Assembly: GCA_002506105.1 (NCBI GenBank)
Contig: DAWU01000015.1
Location: 11,087-75,086 of the forward strand
DNA: 64,000 bases
Direction: 5' to 3'
Origin: Methanolinea sp. UBA275
Lineage (GTDB): Archaea; Halobacteriota; Methanomicrobia; Methanomicrobiales; Methanospirillaceae
Within the stretch, counting starts at the first letter, position 1, and every line of letters begins with the position of its first letter. Under the pieces are notes generated by a model. The model did not search any database, was not told the origin of the DNA, and saw only the letters and a list, made by a program, of their open reading frames with translations. Both the position numbers and the translations under genes were made by a program. Of this stretch, positions 10,166 through 20,766 are shown in pieces.

Positions 10166-11272
10166 CTATGATTGCCCCGGGAACGTATCATCCACGAGGG
10201 TATAATTCGTGAGCCTGCGGGAGAGAATCCTCCCAATATCGTTCGTCATCCGCAGCATCTCTGCGGGATCGAGGAAATCGGCATTCCCGGCCCCCGCTTC
10301 GGCTGATACATCATCCGAGAACATGGTTCCTCCGAGGTCGTTCGCACCTGCAAGGAGTGCCATCTGGCCGAGTTTTACCCCAAGTTTCCCCCATGATGCC
10401 TGGATGTTTTTGAAATTGTCGAGGAACAACCTGGAGACGGCAACAAGGAGGAGGTCTTCCCGCCCTGTTGCACCCGCGGGTGCTTTCCCCTCAAGATAAA
10501 GCCTGGTGTTCTGATGGAGGTAAGAGAGTGGCACAAGCTCGGTAAACCCTCCAGTTTGATCCTGTATCTCCCGGAGGACCGACAGGTGGGTGATCCTGTC
10601 TTTCGGGCTCTCGCAGGAACCGTACATGATAGTGGCAGTTGTGGGTATACCTAGCCCGTGCGCTTCCTGAATGATCCTCCCCCATTGGGCAGTTGATACC
10701 TTGGCAGGGCATATAACATGCCGGACGCTGTCCACGAGGATCTCCGCCGCAGTCCCCTGGAGCGTGCCAAGACCCGCCTCCTTCATCGATACAAGAACCT
10801 CTTCGGTGGTTATCCCTGATCGTGTCGCGGCGTGGTTCACTTCATCCGGTGAAAAGGCATGAATATGGATATCAGGTGCGGTCTTTTTCACAAGGGAGAG
10901 GATCTCACTATACCGATCGGCATCGAACTCCGGGTTGACACCCGAGAGCAGGCAGATTTCACTGACATCCCTGCTTGCTGCAAGCCTCACTTTCTGCCGG
11001 ATTGTCTCGGGATCGTCACAGAATGCACCTTCATCGGTTGCCGATTTCCCGAACGCACAGAAACGACAGAGATTTTTGCAGATATTGGACAGGTGAAGAT
11101 TCTGGTTTCGTACATAGGTGACTACCGGTCCGACCTTCTCTTCCCGTATTCTGTCAGCAGTCTCGCATACACGGTAGAGATCTCTACCCGATGTGTTGAG
11201 AAGGAACACCCCCTCTTCTCCCGAGAGCCGGTGCCCGGCCACGACATCAGAGAGCAGGGTGCGAAGATCCAT
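10166..11272 (-). CDS. CofH/MqnE-family radical SAM enzyme, paralogue B
   Basis: VTYVRNQNLHLSNICKNLCRFCAF and LFLDNFKNIQASWGKLG...GANDLGGTMF. The start is set at ATG 11272 (MDLRTLLSDV...). The upstream part of the 436-aa ORF overlaps the signal peptidase tail and looks non-coding in this frame. Confidence 0.8.
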   Translation of the reverse strand: MDLRTLLSDVVAGHRLSGEEGVFLLNTSGRDLYRVCETADRIREEKVGPVVTYVRNQNLHLSNICKNLCRFCAFGKSATDEGAFCDDPETIRQKVRLAASRDVSEICLLSGVNPEFDADRYSEILSLVKKTAPDIHIHAFSPDEVNHAATRSGITTEEVLVSMKEAGLGTLQGTAAEILVDSVRHVICPAKVSTAQWGRIIQEAHGLGIPTTATIMYGSCESPKDRITHLSVLREIQDQTGGFTELVPLSYLHQNTRLYLEGKAPAGATGREDLLLVAVSRLFLDNFKNIQASWGKLGVKLGQMALLAGANDLGGTMFSDDVSAEAGAGNADFLDPAEMLRMTNDIGRILSRRLTNYTLVDDTFPGQS

Positions 11273-11289
11273 GAGAAGAGAGTGAATCC

Positions 11290-12168
11290 CTATTTTTTCC
11301 CTTTTACACGCTTCTTTTCCTTTTCTTTCTTCCCTCGCGAATTCTCCTTTTCCTTTTTTCCGGTTACGTAATCCCAGACCAGCATCAGTGCGATGAGGAT
11401 GATGGCGACCGGCACAATATTCAGGGGGAGATATCCGAGCAAGGGGACAGAAAAGAGCGCTTTTCCGACGATCCATTCATCCTTCACAGGCAGGATAACC
11501 TCCCCTGACACAGATGACAGGTACCCTCCCTGATCACTTACCTGGTTGTTGTCACCCTTGGTGATGTACCCGGCATGGGGTGAGATGAATGTTGTCTGGA
11601 CACGATACCCGTTCGATGGGTCTGCATTCTGAGGTGTGACGACTGTGCCGTCTTCGAGCACCAGGCTGTTGTTCTGGATAATTGCAGGGATATAACGGGT
11701 GGGTGTTGCTTCACCGCGGTAAGGGTTGTAATACTTGGGAACCGGTTCACCGGAGTCAATGCGATCCATCGCCCTGTGAATAATGGGATGGACGCCCTGC
11801 GTCAGGAATGGAATATACACGGGGGGGTTCGGCGCATCATTAGGGCGGTAGATCAGGACATCCCCATAGTCGTTGTACTTCTGGTACCCCACTTCTTTCC
11901 CACTGGTCCAGCTCTGCAACTCGCCAAACCTGTCCGCGCTCACGACAAAGACCAGGTCGCCGACCTGCATGTGTGGGACCATGCTCTCCGATTCTATGGT
12001 CACCACCGCAGGCCAGGTGCCCGACACGAGGAAGAGAATGAGAGCGATACTCCCCACCACGGCAGCAACCCAGAGCAGTTCCCTCGCGAGCGATATCCAG
12101 GCATTCTCGCTCGTTTTGAATTTCTCCAAAAGGCCGGGTTCCTTCTCTTCGGACTGCTGGCGCGACAT
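11290..12168 (-). CDS. Signal peptidase I (S26 family, archaeal Sec11-like) with Lys-rich C-terminal tail
   Basis: N-terminal TM segment followed by ESESMVPHMQVGDLVFV (catalytic Ser box), GDN box KGDNNQVSD and a C-terminal TM. The tail is GKKEKENSRGKKEKEKKRVKGKK. The start is set at ATG 12168. Confidence 0.75.
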   Translation of the reverse strand: MSRQQSEEKEPGLLEKFKTSENAWISLARELLWVAAVVGSIALILFLVSGTWPAVVTIESESMVPHMQVGDLVFVVSADRFGELQSWTSGKEVGYQKYNDYGDVLIYRPNDAPNPPVYIPFLTQGVHPIIHRAMDRIDSGEPVPKYYNPYRGEATPTRYIPAIIQNNSLVLEDGTVVTPQNADPSNGYRVQTTFISPHAGYITKGDNNQVSDQGGYLSSVSGEVILPVKDEWIVGKALFSVPLLGYLPLNIVPVAIILIALMLVWDYVTGKKEKENSRGKKEKEKKRVKGKK

Positions 12169-12308
12169 GATTAGACTTTGAATGTTTCTTCCGCAGGGTA
12201 ATAAGGAATTGCACGCGTCTGCTCTCCCCGCACATGCGGGGCCACCGGATTTTCCATGCCCGTGAGAAGAATGAAAGCACTTTATCCGGTCCCGTGAATA
12301 TATAATCA

Positions 12309-13706
12309 ATGCTTGATGCGGCCACCATTGTGCAGAGGTTTCTGGCGACCAAGATGCAGGTTCACCCCGAGGTGGTCCGTTACCTCTCGGAGAAAGACGA
12401 TCCTGACCTGATCGACCGCATCATCGCCAATGTCCCGGGAGACACCATTGTCGTTTCAGTCAACCACATTCCCGGACTTGTCCAGGACCGGGACGGGAAC
12501 AGGTTCCTTGCCGATCCGCAATGCGATGTGGTGCAGGGTGCTGCGGGTACCACACGGGGAATTGCCCACATCACGGATTATACGAAATACTTCCGGGATC
12601 GCTACCAGCGCCTGGGAGAATGTATCCGTGTGAGAGCTCCTCCGATGCCTATAGAGGCACTCAAAAAGGGATCCCGTTACCGCCAGGAAGCATGCACCAT
12701 CATGGGCCTTGTCATGGAAGCAAAGGCAACCACGAACGGCCATCGCCTCATCGAGATCGAGGACCCCACCTCCTCAATCCCGGTTCTCTTCCATAAGGAA
12801 CGCCCTCACTTCTCTGATGCCGAGACCCTCGTCCCCGATGAGGTCATTGGAGTGAAAGGGACACTCTCCGCAGACGGCCGCCTCTTTTTTGCAGAACAGT
12901 TGTTCAGGCCGGATATCCCGCTCACCCATGCACCATTCAAGAGCAGCGATCCGGGTCAGGCGGTTCTTATCTCCGACATCCACGTCGGGAGCGATACATT
13001 CCTCGATGAAGCCTGGACCCGCTTTGCCGACTGGCTCTCGGACTCCGAGGTCTCGTACCTGCTCATCGCCGGTGACCTTGTGGACGGAATTGGGGTATAC
13101 CCCAACCAGGAGCAGGAGCTGACCATCAAGAATATTTACGAGCAGTATGAGACGTTCGGATCGATGATGCGGGATCTCCCGTCCCGCATCAAGATCATCA
13201 TATCTCCGGGAAACCACGACGTGGTGAGGGCTGCCGAGCCCCAGCCTGCAATCCCCGCAGAATTCACCGGGAACTTCCCCGCCAATTGCATCATGGTGGA
13301 AAACCCGGCCCTTGTCAACCTCCAGGGTGTCCGGGTCCAGATGTACCATGGCAGGTCAATCGATGATCTCATCAGTCTTGTTCCCGGGGCATCCTACGAC
13401 AACGTCGCACCGATGATGATAGGGATGCTGGAGAGGCGCCACCTTGCCCCCACCTACGGGAAGAGGACCCCTATCGCGGCGGGAACCGAGGACCACCTTA
13501 TCATCGACCCCGTCCCCGAGGTCCTGCACACTGGTCATGTCCATATCATGGGGATTACCGACTACCGTGGTGTGCTCTGCGTGAATTCGGGGACCTGGCA
13601 GGCGCAGACCGCATTCCAGAAGCAGATGAATATCACTCCGACCCCGGCACGTGCAGTGGTCCTTGATCTCCAGACCCTCAACTCCACGGTCCTTGACTTC
13701 AGTTGA
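12309..13706 (+). CDS. dp1: DNA polymerase II (PolD) small subunit DP1
   Basis: 465-aa ORF with calcineurin-like phosphoesterase motifs DIHVGS, GDLVDGIGVYP, GNHD and GHVH, plus an N-terminal helical domain as in DP1. Confidence 0.9.
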   Translation: MLDAATIVQRFLATKMQVHPEVVRYLSEKDDPDLIDRIIANVPGDTIVVSVNHIPGLVQDRDGNRFLADPQCDVVQGAAGTTRGIAHITDYTKYFRDRYQRLGECIRVRAPPMPIEALKKGSRYRQEACTIMGLVMEAKATTNGHRLIEIEDPTSSIPVLFHKERPHFSDAETLVPDEVIGVKGTLSADGRLFFAEQLFRPDIPLTHAPFKSSDPGQAVLISDIHVGSDTFLDEAWTRFADWLSDSEVSYLLIAGDLVDGIGVYPNQEQELTIKNIYEQYETFGSMMRDLPSRIKIIISPGNHDVVRAAEPQPAIPAEFTGNFPANCIMVENPALVNLQGVRVQMYHGRSIDDLISLVPGASYDNVAPMMIGMLERRHLAPTYGKRTPIAAGTEDHLIIDPVPEVLHTGHVHIMGITDYRGVLCVNSGTWQAQTAFQKQMNITPTPARAVVLDLQTLNSTVLDFS

Positions 13707-13798
13707 TACCTTCAGGATCCTGAATTACCCTTTTTTGCCTGTCATTAATGCGTTCAAGAGGATTAATTTGAGATTGTCATGCCAGGATTCATGTTCTT

Positions 13799-13848
13799 AC
13801 CACATGAAAAGCGGGCGATCCCATCAAAACGACTTCATGTGGTTTTTT
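13799..13848 (+). terminator. Hairpin plus T6 downstream of dp1
   Basis: Perfect 10-bp inverted repeat ACCACATGAA (13799-13808) / TTCATGTGGT (13834-13843), running into TTTTTT (13843-13848). Confidence 0.4.
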
Positions 13849-13937
13849 ATCTCCCAAGAATGAAATGATACTGCCATATTAAAGGCGCATGCGTTTCGGC
13901 ACATGCACACGAATCGAATACGGAGGATAAGAACTTG

Positions 13938-15962
13938 ATGGATCTCTTCATCTTAGTCCCGGTGTGTGCCCTTTTAGGACTGGTCTTTGCGGCCTATTCC
14001 TACATGGTCATGAAACGGGAAGGGACTGGCAGCGAGCTCATGCAAAAGATCGCCGCAGCCATCCGACTGGGTGCCATGGTGTACCTGAAACGACAATACA
14101 CGGCCATTGGGGTCTTTGTCGTGGTCCTCGCGATCATACTCGCACTTGCGATAAGTCCGTTTACCGCACTCTGTTTCATCGTGGGTGCGTCTCTGTCGGC
14201 ACTCGCGGGGTTCATTGGAATGTCAGCCGCCACCCATGCCAACGTCCGGACGACCGAGGCTGCGAAGAAAGGGATCGCGAACGCGTTCCGTGTCTCGTAT
14301 GCGAGCGGTACTGTCATGGGACTCGTCGTAGTGGGACTTGGACTGCTCGGTCTTTCGGGTTTATTCTACCTGCTCTCCAGCTTCACTTCTTTAGGTGTGA
14401 CCAACACCGTAAACGTGCTCTTCGGGTTCTCACTCGGCGCCAGTTCTATTGCCCTCTTTGCACGTGTTGGTGGCGGTATCTTCACCAAGGCAGCAGATGT
14501 TGGTGCGGACCTTGTCGGTAAAGTCGAGGCTGGCATCCCTGAGGACGACCCAAGGAATCCGGCTGTTATTGCTGATAACGTAGGCGACAACGTGGGCGAT
14601 ATCGCCGGAATGGGTGCCGACCTGTATGAATCATATGTGGGATCGATCATCGCAACCATGGGGCTTGCAGTCGTGGCATCGATCGCTGCGGGATTCGTAA
14701 ATGTCCCGATGGTCAACCTCGTGCTTCTGCCCATGATGATCGCCGCACTCGGCATCGTCGCGTCCATCATAGGGACGTTCTTTGTCAGGAGCTCGAAGAA
14801 CGAGAGCAGTGCTATTCACAAGGCATTCAATGCCGGGACCCTGGCCAGCCTTATCCTCACCGTGATCGCAACCTACTGGCTGGTTACCACCCTTATCGGC
14901 CCACAGTATCTCGGTGTCTTTGTTGCGACCGTCGCAGGGCTGGTTGCAGGCTTCGTAATAGGCCTTGTGACCGAGTATTACACATCTTATGACCGGCCAC
15001 CCACCCAGCGGATCGTGAAGGCTGCCGAAACCGGTGCAGCAACCGATATCATCACAGGTCTTGCCGTCGGGCTCGAGAGTACTGTCTGGCCGGTTCTCAT
15101 CATCGCTGTCGCCATTCTTGTCGCAGCACAGCAGGCAGGGCTCTACGGGATTGCCCTCGCCGGTGTCGGAATGCTCGCCACGCTCGGTATCACCCTTTCC
15201 GTCGACGCGTATGGCCCGGTCGCGGATAACTCCGGAGGAATCGCGGAGATGTCGCACCAGGAGAAAGGGATCCGCGCTATTACAGACACTCTTGATTCTG
15301 TAGGGAACACGACCGCCGCAATTGGGAAAGGCTTTGCAATCGGGGGAGCCGCCCTGACTGCTCTCGCGCTCTTTGCGGTATATACCCAGGCAGTAGGGCT
15401 CAAGGTTGTGGATATGCTGGATCCGACTGTCTTTGTCGGGATCCTGATCGGGGCAATGTTGCCATTCCTCTTCTGCTCGTTCGCCATGACCGCGGTGGGG
15501 AAGGCCGCAGGATATATCGTAGAAGAGGTCCGCCGCCAGTTCAAGGAGATTCCCGGCCTGATGGAGGGCAAGGCCGAGCCTGATTACAACTCATGCATCA
15601 CTATTTCAACGAAGGCCGCACTCAAGCAGATGATCGCTCCCGGTGTGATGGCCATCGCAGCCCCGCTCCTCATAGGGTTCCTGCTTGGAACTGCTGCTCT
15701 TGCCGGTCTCCTGGTTGGCTCCATCTCTGCCGGATTCATCCTCGCAGTCATGATGGCAAATGCAGGAGGTGCCTGGGATAACACGAAAAAGTACATCGAA
15801 GCGGGGCATCTCGGTGGAAAGGGATCTTTTGCCCACAAGGCTGCAGTGACAGGCGATACGGTCGGTGATCCCTTCAAGGATACCGCCGGACCGGCACTCA
15901 ATATCCTCTTGAAACTGATGGCAATCGTTGCCCTCGTATTCGCACCCTTATTCATCCTTTAA
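13938..15962 (+). CDS. hppA: Membrane-bound proton/sodium-translocating pyrophosphatase
   Basis: About 674 aa and multi-TM. Signature [17 protein letters not shown] and C-terminal [23 protein letters not shown] lies 10 nt upstream of ATG 13938. Confidence 0.95.
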   Translation: MDLFILVPVCALLGLVFAAYSYMVMKREGTGSELMQKIAAAIRLGAMVYLKRQYTAIGVFVVVLAIILALAISPFTALCFIVGASLSALAGFIGMSAATHANVRTTEAAKKGIANAFRVSYASGTVMGLVVVGLGLLGLSGLFYLLSSFTSLGVTNTVNVLFGFSLGASSIALFARVGGGIFTKAADVGADLVGKVEAGIPEDDPRNPAVIADNVGDNVGDIAGMGADLYESYVGSIIATMGLAVVASIAAGFVNVPMVNLVLLPMMIAALGIVASIIGTFFVRSSKNESSAIHKAFNAGTLASLILTVIATYWLVTTLIGPQYLGVFVATVAGLVAGFVIGLVTEYYTSYDRPPTQRIVKAAETGAATDIITGLAVGLESTVWPVLIIAVAILVAAQQAGLYGIALAGVGMLATLGITLSVDAYGPVADNSGGIAEMSHQEKGIRAITDTLDSVGNTTAAIGKGFAIGGAALTALALFAVYTQAVGLKVVDMLDPTVFVGILIGAMLPFLFCSFAMTAVGKAAGYIVEEVRRQFKEIPGLMEGKAEPDYNSCITISTKAALKQMIAPGVMAIAAPLLIGFLLGTAALAGLLVGSISAGFILAVMMANAGGAWDNTKKYIEAGHLGGKGSFAHKAAVTGDTVGDPFKDTAGPALNILLKLMAIVALVFAPLFIL

Positions 15963-15967
15963 TTCAC

Positions 15968-15974
15968 TTTTTTT
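15968..15974 (+). terminator. Oligo-T tract after hppA
   Basis: T7 run 6 nt after the stop codon. Confidence 0.4.
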
Positions 15975-16108
15975 GTTCCACGAGAATCATGGCCCGTGAA
16001 TGAGACCTGATCATGAGTATAAGAAAGGGTATCTACAATTACCGCGAAAATAATTCCGTATCTTTAGAAAAACCCTGGAACATGAATTAACAGAATAAAG
16101 GGAACCCG

Positions 16109-16801
16109 ATGATTGATTTTATCCTCAATTTCGACCAGTATCTCCCCGGACTTGTCCAGGAATACGGTTTCTGGGTATATTTGATACTCTTTCTTATCAT
16201 ATTCTGCGAAACCGGCCTTGTATTCATGCCATATCTCCCAGGGGACTCGCTCCTTTTTGTGGCCGGCACCCTTGCAGCGACCTCTGTCCTGAACCTCGAG
16301 CTGCTCATCATCCTGCTTGCCATTGCAGCTATACTTGGCGACACGGCAAACTACTGGATTGGTCACACCGCCGGCAAGAAATTACTGACAATGAAATATT
16401 GCATCGTAAAACACGACCATATCGCGATGACAGAGGATTATTTCAAGAAATACGGGGGTCTGACCATTGTGATTGCCCGTTTCATCCCGTTCATCCGGAC
16501 CTTTGCACCATTCCTCGCAGGGATTGGGAAGATGAAGTACCGGTGGTTCCTCTCGTATAATGTCATTGGAGGGATACTCTGGGTTCTTGGATTCCTGCTT
16601 GCAGGATATTTCTTTGGCAACATTCCCATTGTCCAGGATAATTTCCAGTTCGTGGTACTGGCAATTATTGGTCTCTCCTTCTTTGCAGTATTCTCGATTA
16701 TTATCGGGACTATCCGTTCCCTCAGGACCTGTCCGGTTCCTTCAGATGACGAGAGAAGAGCCATCGAGGAAATCGACGATCTGAAGTTTAAAAAGGATTG
16801 A
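16109..16801 (+). CDS. DedA/VTT-domain membrane protein
   Basis: 230-aa ORF. ETGLVFMPYLPGDSLLF and IARFIPFIRTFAPFLAG are typical DedA blocks. Confidence 0.85.
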   Translation: MIDFILNFDQYLPGLVQEYGFWVYLILFLIIFCETGLVFMPYLPGDSLLFVAGTLAATSVLNLELLIILLAIAAILGDTANYWIGHTAGKKLLTMKYCIVKHDHIAMTEDYFKKYGGLTIVIARFIPFIRTFAPFLAGIGKMKYRWFLSYNVIGGILWVLGFLLAGYFFGNIPIVQDNFQFVVLAIIGLSFFAVFSIIIGTIRSLRTCPVPSDDERRAIEEIDDLKFKKD

Positions 16802-16810
16802 TTTTTTTTT
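16802..16810 (+). terminator. Oligo-T tract after the dedA-family gene
   Basis: T9 run immediately after the stop codon. Confidence 0.45.
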
Positions 16811-16866
16811 GAGGGGGGTAGGAATGGGGGAATTTTAACTCGAAACCAGGAATTTTTAGGGCTGAA

Positions 16867-17457
16867 TCATTCCCCGATTCCTAACCCTTCCAGGAACATC
16901 CTGTGCAGCCGGAGGTCGGTCCCCAGCTCGGGATGGAATGAAAGTGCAATGTGCTGCCCCTTTCGCACAGCGACAATTCCGGCATCAATCCTGGAGAGGA
17001 CTTCGACGCCGTTTCCTGCTTTGGTTGCGACCGGTGCCCTGATGAAAAACGCATGATAGGGCTGATCTATGCCCTTTATCTGGATATCAGCCTCGAAGGA
17101 CTCTTTCTGGCGCCCAAAGGCGTTCCGGAGGACCGTCATATCCATGAGCCCGAGAGTCTTTACACGGGCATCATCGACCGTTGTGGCCAGCAGCACCATC
17201 CCGGCGCAGGTGGCAAAGATACCTCCCTCAAAATTGACGAGTGGTTCGTACAACCCGTTCTTCTGGATCAGTCTTGAGATGGTTGTCGACTCCCCGCCGG
17301 GAATCGCAATGCCGGAGAGATCGGAGAGATCGGCAGATCGCCTGACCGAGAGAACGACCCCATCCGCAACGCCAGTGTCGATGAGTGCCCGCCTAAAACC
17401 CCTGACGTGCTCGCTCACGTTGCCCTGGAGGGCCAGCACTCCGAGCTTAACGCCCAC
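16867..17457 (-). CDS. pdxT: Pyridoxal 5'-phosphate synthase glutaminase subunit PdxT
   Basis: 196-aa ORF with [20 protein letters not shown] (catalytic Cys) and FHPE. It overlaps the pdxS stop. Confidence 0.95.
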   Translation of the reverse strand: MGVKLGVLALQGNVSEHVRGFRRALIDTGVADGVVLSVRRSADLSDLSGIAIPGGESTTISRLIQKNGLYEPLVNFEGGIFATCAGMVLLATTVDDARVKTLGLMDMTVLRNAFGRQKESFEADIQIKGIDQPYHAFFIRAPVATKAGNGVEVLSRIDAGIVAVRKGQHIALSFHPELGTDLRLHRMFLEGLGIGE

Positions 17458-18343
17458 GGTACTGGAGCACCTCGTCCTCGCGAAGGGTATGGACGTCGAT
17501 CCCTTTCATGGGCTGGCCAAGCCCCTTGCTCACATCGGCAATCACGGTCGGATCATCGAAATGGTTGACCGCTTCGACAATTGCCCGTGCCATCCTCTCG
17601 GGTTCACTCGAGAGGAAAATCCCTGACCCGACAAAAACGCCGTCTGCGCCCATCTGCATCATCAATGCGGCATCGCAGGGTGTGGCGATACCACCTGCGG
17701 AGAAGTTGACCACCGGAAGCCTGCCCATTTTGACAGTCTCCAGCAAGAGTTCTGCAGGTGCCTCTATTTCCCGTGCCCTTGCCACAATCTCCTGGGATTT
17801 CTTCCCCTGGAGAGCCCTGATCTCGCCCATGATGTTCCGCATGTGGCGGACCGCCTCAACCACGTTGCCGGTTCCGGCCTCTCCCTTTGTACGGACCATG
17901 GCAGCGCCCTCGTGGATGCGACGGAGGGCCTCTCCAAGATCCCTTGCACCGCACACGAACGGCACATTGAACCCACTTTTATCGATGTGAAACTCCTCGT
18001 CAGCCGGGGTGAGAACCTCGCTCTCGTCGATCATGTCAACGCCGAGTGACTCGAGGACTTGGGCTTCTACAAAATGCCCGATGCGAACTTTACCCATCAC
18101 GGGGATGGAGACCGCATCCATGATCTCCACGATGACTGCCGGGTCTGCCATCCGTGCGACTCCGCCAGCTTTCCGGATATCCGCGGGAACCCGCTCCAGG
18201 GCCATGACTGCGACGGCCCCGGCCTCCTCCGCGATTGCCGCCTGCTTCGCGTTCACCACATCCATGATCACCCCTCCCTTCTGCATGGATGCGAACCCGC
18301 GCTTCAGGAGCTCGGTGCCAAATCTCAGTTCCTCGAGTTTCAT
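17447..18343 (-). CDS. pdxS: Pyridoxal 5'-phosphate synthase lyase subunit PdxS
   Basis: 298-aa [33 protein letters not shown] and [10 protein letters not shown] are canonical PdxS blocks. Confidence 0.95.
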   Translation of the reverse strand: MKLEELRFGTELLKRGFASMQKGGVIMDVVNAKQAAIAEEAGAVAVMALERVPADIRKAGGVARMADPAVIVEIMDAVSIPVMGKVRIGHFVEAQVLESLGVDMIDESEVLTPADEEFHIDKSGFNVPFVCGARDLGEALRRIHEGAAMVRTKGEAGTGNVVEAVRHMRNIMGEIRALQGKKSQEIVARAREIEAPAELLLETVKMGRLPVVNFSAGGIATPCDAALMMQMGADGVFVGSGIFLSSEPERMARAIVEAVNHFDDPTVIADVSKGLGQPMKGIDVHTLREDEVLQYRGR

Positions 18344-18347
18344 ATGC

Positions 18348-19268
18348 TTATATATATGCGACCGGCAGGGCCAAAAACATTAGTACCATCATCAGCAGTG
18401 TGAGGGAGAGCGTGCACACCCTGACCGCGGAGAGGATCTCCGATCCGGCCTCTGCAAGGGATTTTTCACCCGGGCCAATCGAATACACCCCGGGCTTTTC
18501 AAACCTGGTACCGATCCCCCCGGCGATTACTGCCATGGGTAGTCCGCCATTGAATCCCGGCCGCTTCCTGCCATCCTGCCGCAGGCATTCCAGCGAAGGA
18601 GATAACCTTCCCTTTGCCCCAAAATAGCAGAGGAGAAGCACTGTGGTAATCCGGGCCGGTATGTAATTCAGGACGTCATCAGCCCGTGCAGAGAACCACC
18701 CAAGCCTTGCCCTTTCATCCCGATACCCGAGCATTGCATCCATGGTATTGGCGGCCCTGAAGGCTGCTGCACCGGGAAGGCCGAACAGCGCAAAGTAGCA
18801 TATTGGGGATACAATGCTGTCGACGAGATTCTCGGATACTGACTCATATGCAGCCGAGCGTACCTGTTCAGATGAGAGCGTTTCTGGATTCCTGCTCACC
18901 ATATACTGCACCTTTTCCCTTCCCTCATCAAGGCCGAGTGCGAGGGCCTTTTCAACGCCGATTGCATGTTCCTCGAGAGATCTCCAGGCAAGGCAGGTTT
19001 TAAGGAGGATGGGTCCAGCAATAATAAGCACGAACCACGGGAGCAGAAGTTCAACGAGCAGGAACGGCGTTGTAAAGAGGATGATAGTGACTATCCACAT
19101 AATCACTCCCATCGCACGTTGTGTACCCCTGGAATACCTCCCTGGCCTTCCCCACAACCCGATAAATGATCCCAGCAGCGCTACAGGGTGAAACCGGCTG
19201 TGGGGATCTCCGATAAGACGATCGACCAGGAGTGCAAGCGGGAGAACAAGCGGGCGGATCCAGAACAT
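18348..19268 (-). CDS. cbiB: Adenosylcobinamide-phosphate synthase CbiB/CobD
   Basis: 306-aa multi-TM ORF with [14 protein letters not shown] at the N-terminus and NTMDAMLGY, typical of CbiB. Confidence 0.9.
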   Translation of the reverse strand: MFWIRPLVLPLALLVDRLIGDPHSRFHPVALLGSFIGLWGRPGRYSRGTQRAMGVIMWIVTIILFTTPFLLVELLLPWFVLIIAGPILLKTCLAWRSLEEHAIGVEKALALGLDEGREKVQYMVSRNPETLSSEQVRSAAYESVSENLVDSIVSPICYFALFGLPGAAAFRAANTMDAMLGYRDERARLGWFSARADDVLNYIPARITTVLLLCYFGAKGRLSPSLECLRQDGRKRPGFNGGLPMAVIAGGIGTRFEKPGVYSIGPGEKSLAEAGSEILSAVRVCTLSLTLLMMVLMFLALPVAYI

Positions 19269-19446
19269 GCGATACCTTTCCGGGAGAGAATTCTTTCAGG
19301 ATATCACGCGGAAACGAGAATAAGTATTCGAATATTCTGTATGAGTGGATGAAAAAAGTCAATTGCTGCAATGTCAGGGACTTAAAGACAATTTTGAAGT
19401 ATGAAAGATGCCGGATATTCCGGCCCGACAATAATTGTTGCGCAAA

Positions 19447-19629
19447 TTATTGACCTGCTGTCCGGGGAAGGAGATCGGGAATCCCTTCCTGTATAGTATA
19501 GTCAACGCTGCAGGCTGCACAATAGAGTCCTCCTTCCAGGATTTCGACTTCGTTCTCCTCAGTGACACGGAGTTCGAGATCGCCCTTGCAGACAGGGCAG
19601 CAGAGAATGGGAAGAAGGGCGCGTCTCAT
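19447..19629 (-). CDS. Trm112-family small zinc-ribbon protein
   Basis: 60-aa ORF with LLPILCCPVCKGDL ... YCAACSVDYTIQEGIPDLL. Its start overlaps the purA stop. Confidence 0.75.
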   Translation of the reverse strand: MRRALLPILCCPVCKGDLELRVTEENEVEILEGGLYCAACSVDYTIQEGIPDLLPRTAGQ

Positions 19630-20636
19630 ACCTGATCCCTGATATCGATGATATTCGCGACATCCGGCCCCGTGGAAATGAGCGTTATCTGGCAGCCGAT
19701 ATCCTGTTCGGCCTGCTCAAGGAAATCCAGTGCTTTTTTTGTGAGTTTGGAGTACTCGGTGATGCCAAAACAGGCCTTGTCAATCCGGTCAATACCGGTA
19801 ATGGCTGCCTGGGTGCATCCGTTGATCATGGCTGAATAACGTGCCATCGACCCGTCCCATTTCCCAATGCGCCGCTGGCGGTGGGTGACGGTCCCGAATT
19901 CCTGGATTCCCATGCTGTCCGAGACCTTCCTTTCCATCTCTGTTGAGAACGGGCCTTCCCCGACCCGGGTAGGATATGCCTTGAAGACCACCACAACATC
20001 GTCAATCCTGGTCGGCCCGACGCCGTTATCCGCCGCGATCTGCGAAGCCGAAGTGTCCTTGCTGGTGACGAATGGATATGTCCCGAAATAGAGCGAGATC
20101 CCGAATCCCTGGGTCCCTTCCAGAATGACGTTTTCGTTCCGGTCGAGAGCGTTGTTGATCTCCTGGGGTACATCGATGATATACGGTGCAAGCTCGGGGA
20201 CGTTTTTCGCCTGGCGCGCCACTCTCATAACCCTGTCGGCGTTGGCAGGTCCGCACCCGCTCCCGGTACTGCCTATGGTCTTTGCCAGATGGTCGCTCGA
20301 TTTGTCACGCTGTATATGTGCCTCGTCGATAACTGTACAGCGGCCATCGACAAACACCCTGTCTGCGACGCCAAGCGTCTCCACTTCATGCGCGAGCACC
20401 CGCGGATCAACCAGGACCCCGGTCCCGATCATCAGCCGGGCCTTTGGATATACAAATCCTGAAGGGACCATCCTCACACCGAATTCTTTCTCTCCCATCT
20501 TCACGGTGTGACCTGCATTCGGTCCCACACCACCTCGGGAGATGATGGTAGGGTGGTCCTGGTGGGCGATGTGGGCAACAATTTTCCCTTTCCCTTCATC
20601 GCCAAAAAATCCGCCGACGATTATGGTGCAGCTCAT
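19626..20636 (-). CDS. purA: Adenylosuccinate synthetase (short archaeal type)
   Basis: 336-aa ORF with the GDEGKGK P-loop, GPNAGH and GSTGSGCGPA. Confidence 0.95.
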   Translation of the reverse strand: MSCTIIVGGFFGDEGKGKIVAHIAHQDHPTIISRGGVGPNAGHTVKMGEKEFGVRMVPSGFVYPKARLMIGTGVLVDPRVLAHEVETLGVADRVFVDGRCTVIDEAHIQRDKSSDHLAKTIGSTGSGCGPANADRVMRVARQAKNVPELAPYIIDVPQEINNALDRNENVILEGTQGFGISLYFGTYPFVTSKDTSASQIAADNGVGPTRIDDVVVVFKAYPTRVGEGPFSTEMERKVSDSMGIQEFGTVTHRQRRIGKWDGSMARYSAMINGCTQAAITGIDRIDKACFGITEYSKLTKKALDFLEQAEQDIGCQITLISTGPDVANIIDIRDQV

Positions 20637-20766
20637 GGTACAACCATATACTATAGGTCTGGCCAGGGGATAAAAGTGTATCGACTATGCATCTTTCCAG
20701 GTCTATGCGCCCCCTATATAACCACAAAAACAATGGGGAAAACACCCTGGAAAAATAGGGTTCCCG

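Noticed and set aside
11273-11476. N-terminal 68-codon extension of CofH-like paralogue B, and the low-complexity TTCC/TTTC-rich DNA at 11290-11350
   Set aside because: The extension overlaps the real 3' end of the signal peptidase gene. In the other frame that gene encodes a Lys/Glu-rich tail with GKKEKE twice. Paralogue A aligns from the internal Met, so the repeat-like DNA is just the coding sequence of the basic tail.
12226-12241. Inverted repeat CCCCGCA-CA-TGCGGGG in the divergent signal peptidase/dp1 promoter region
   Set aside because: It is a single short GC palindrome with no second copy or known motif match. Evidence is too weak to call an operator.
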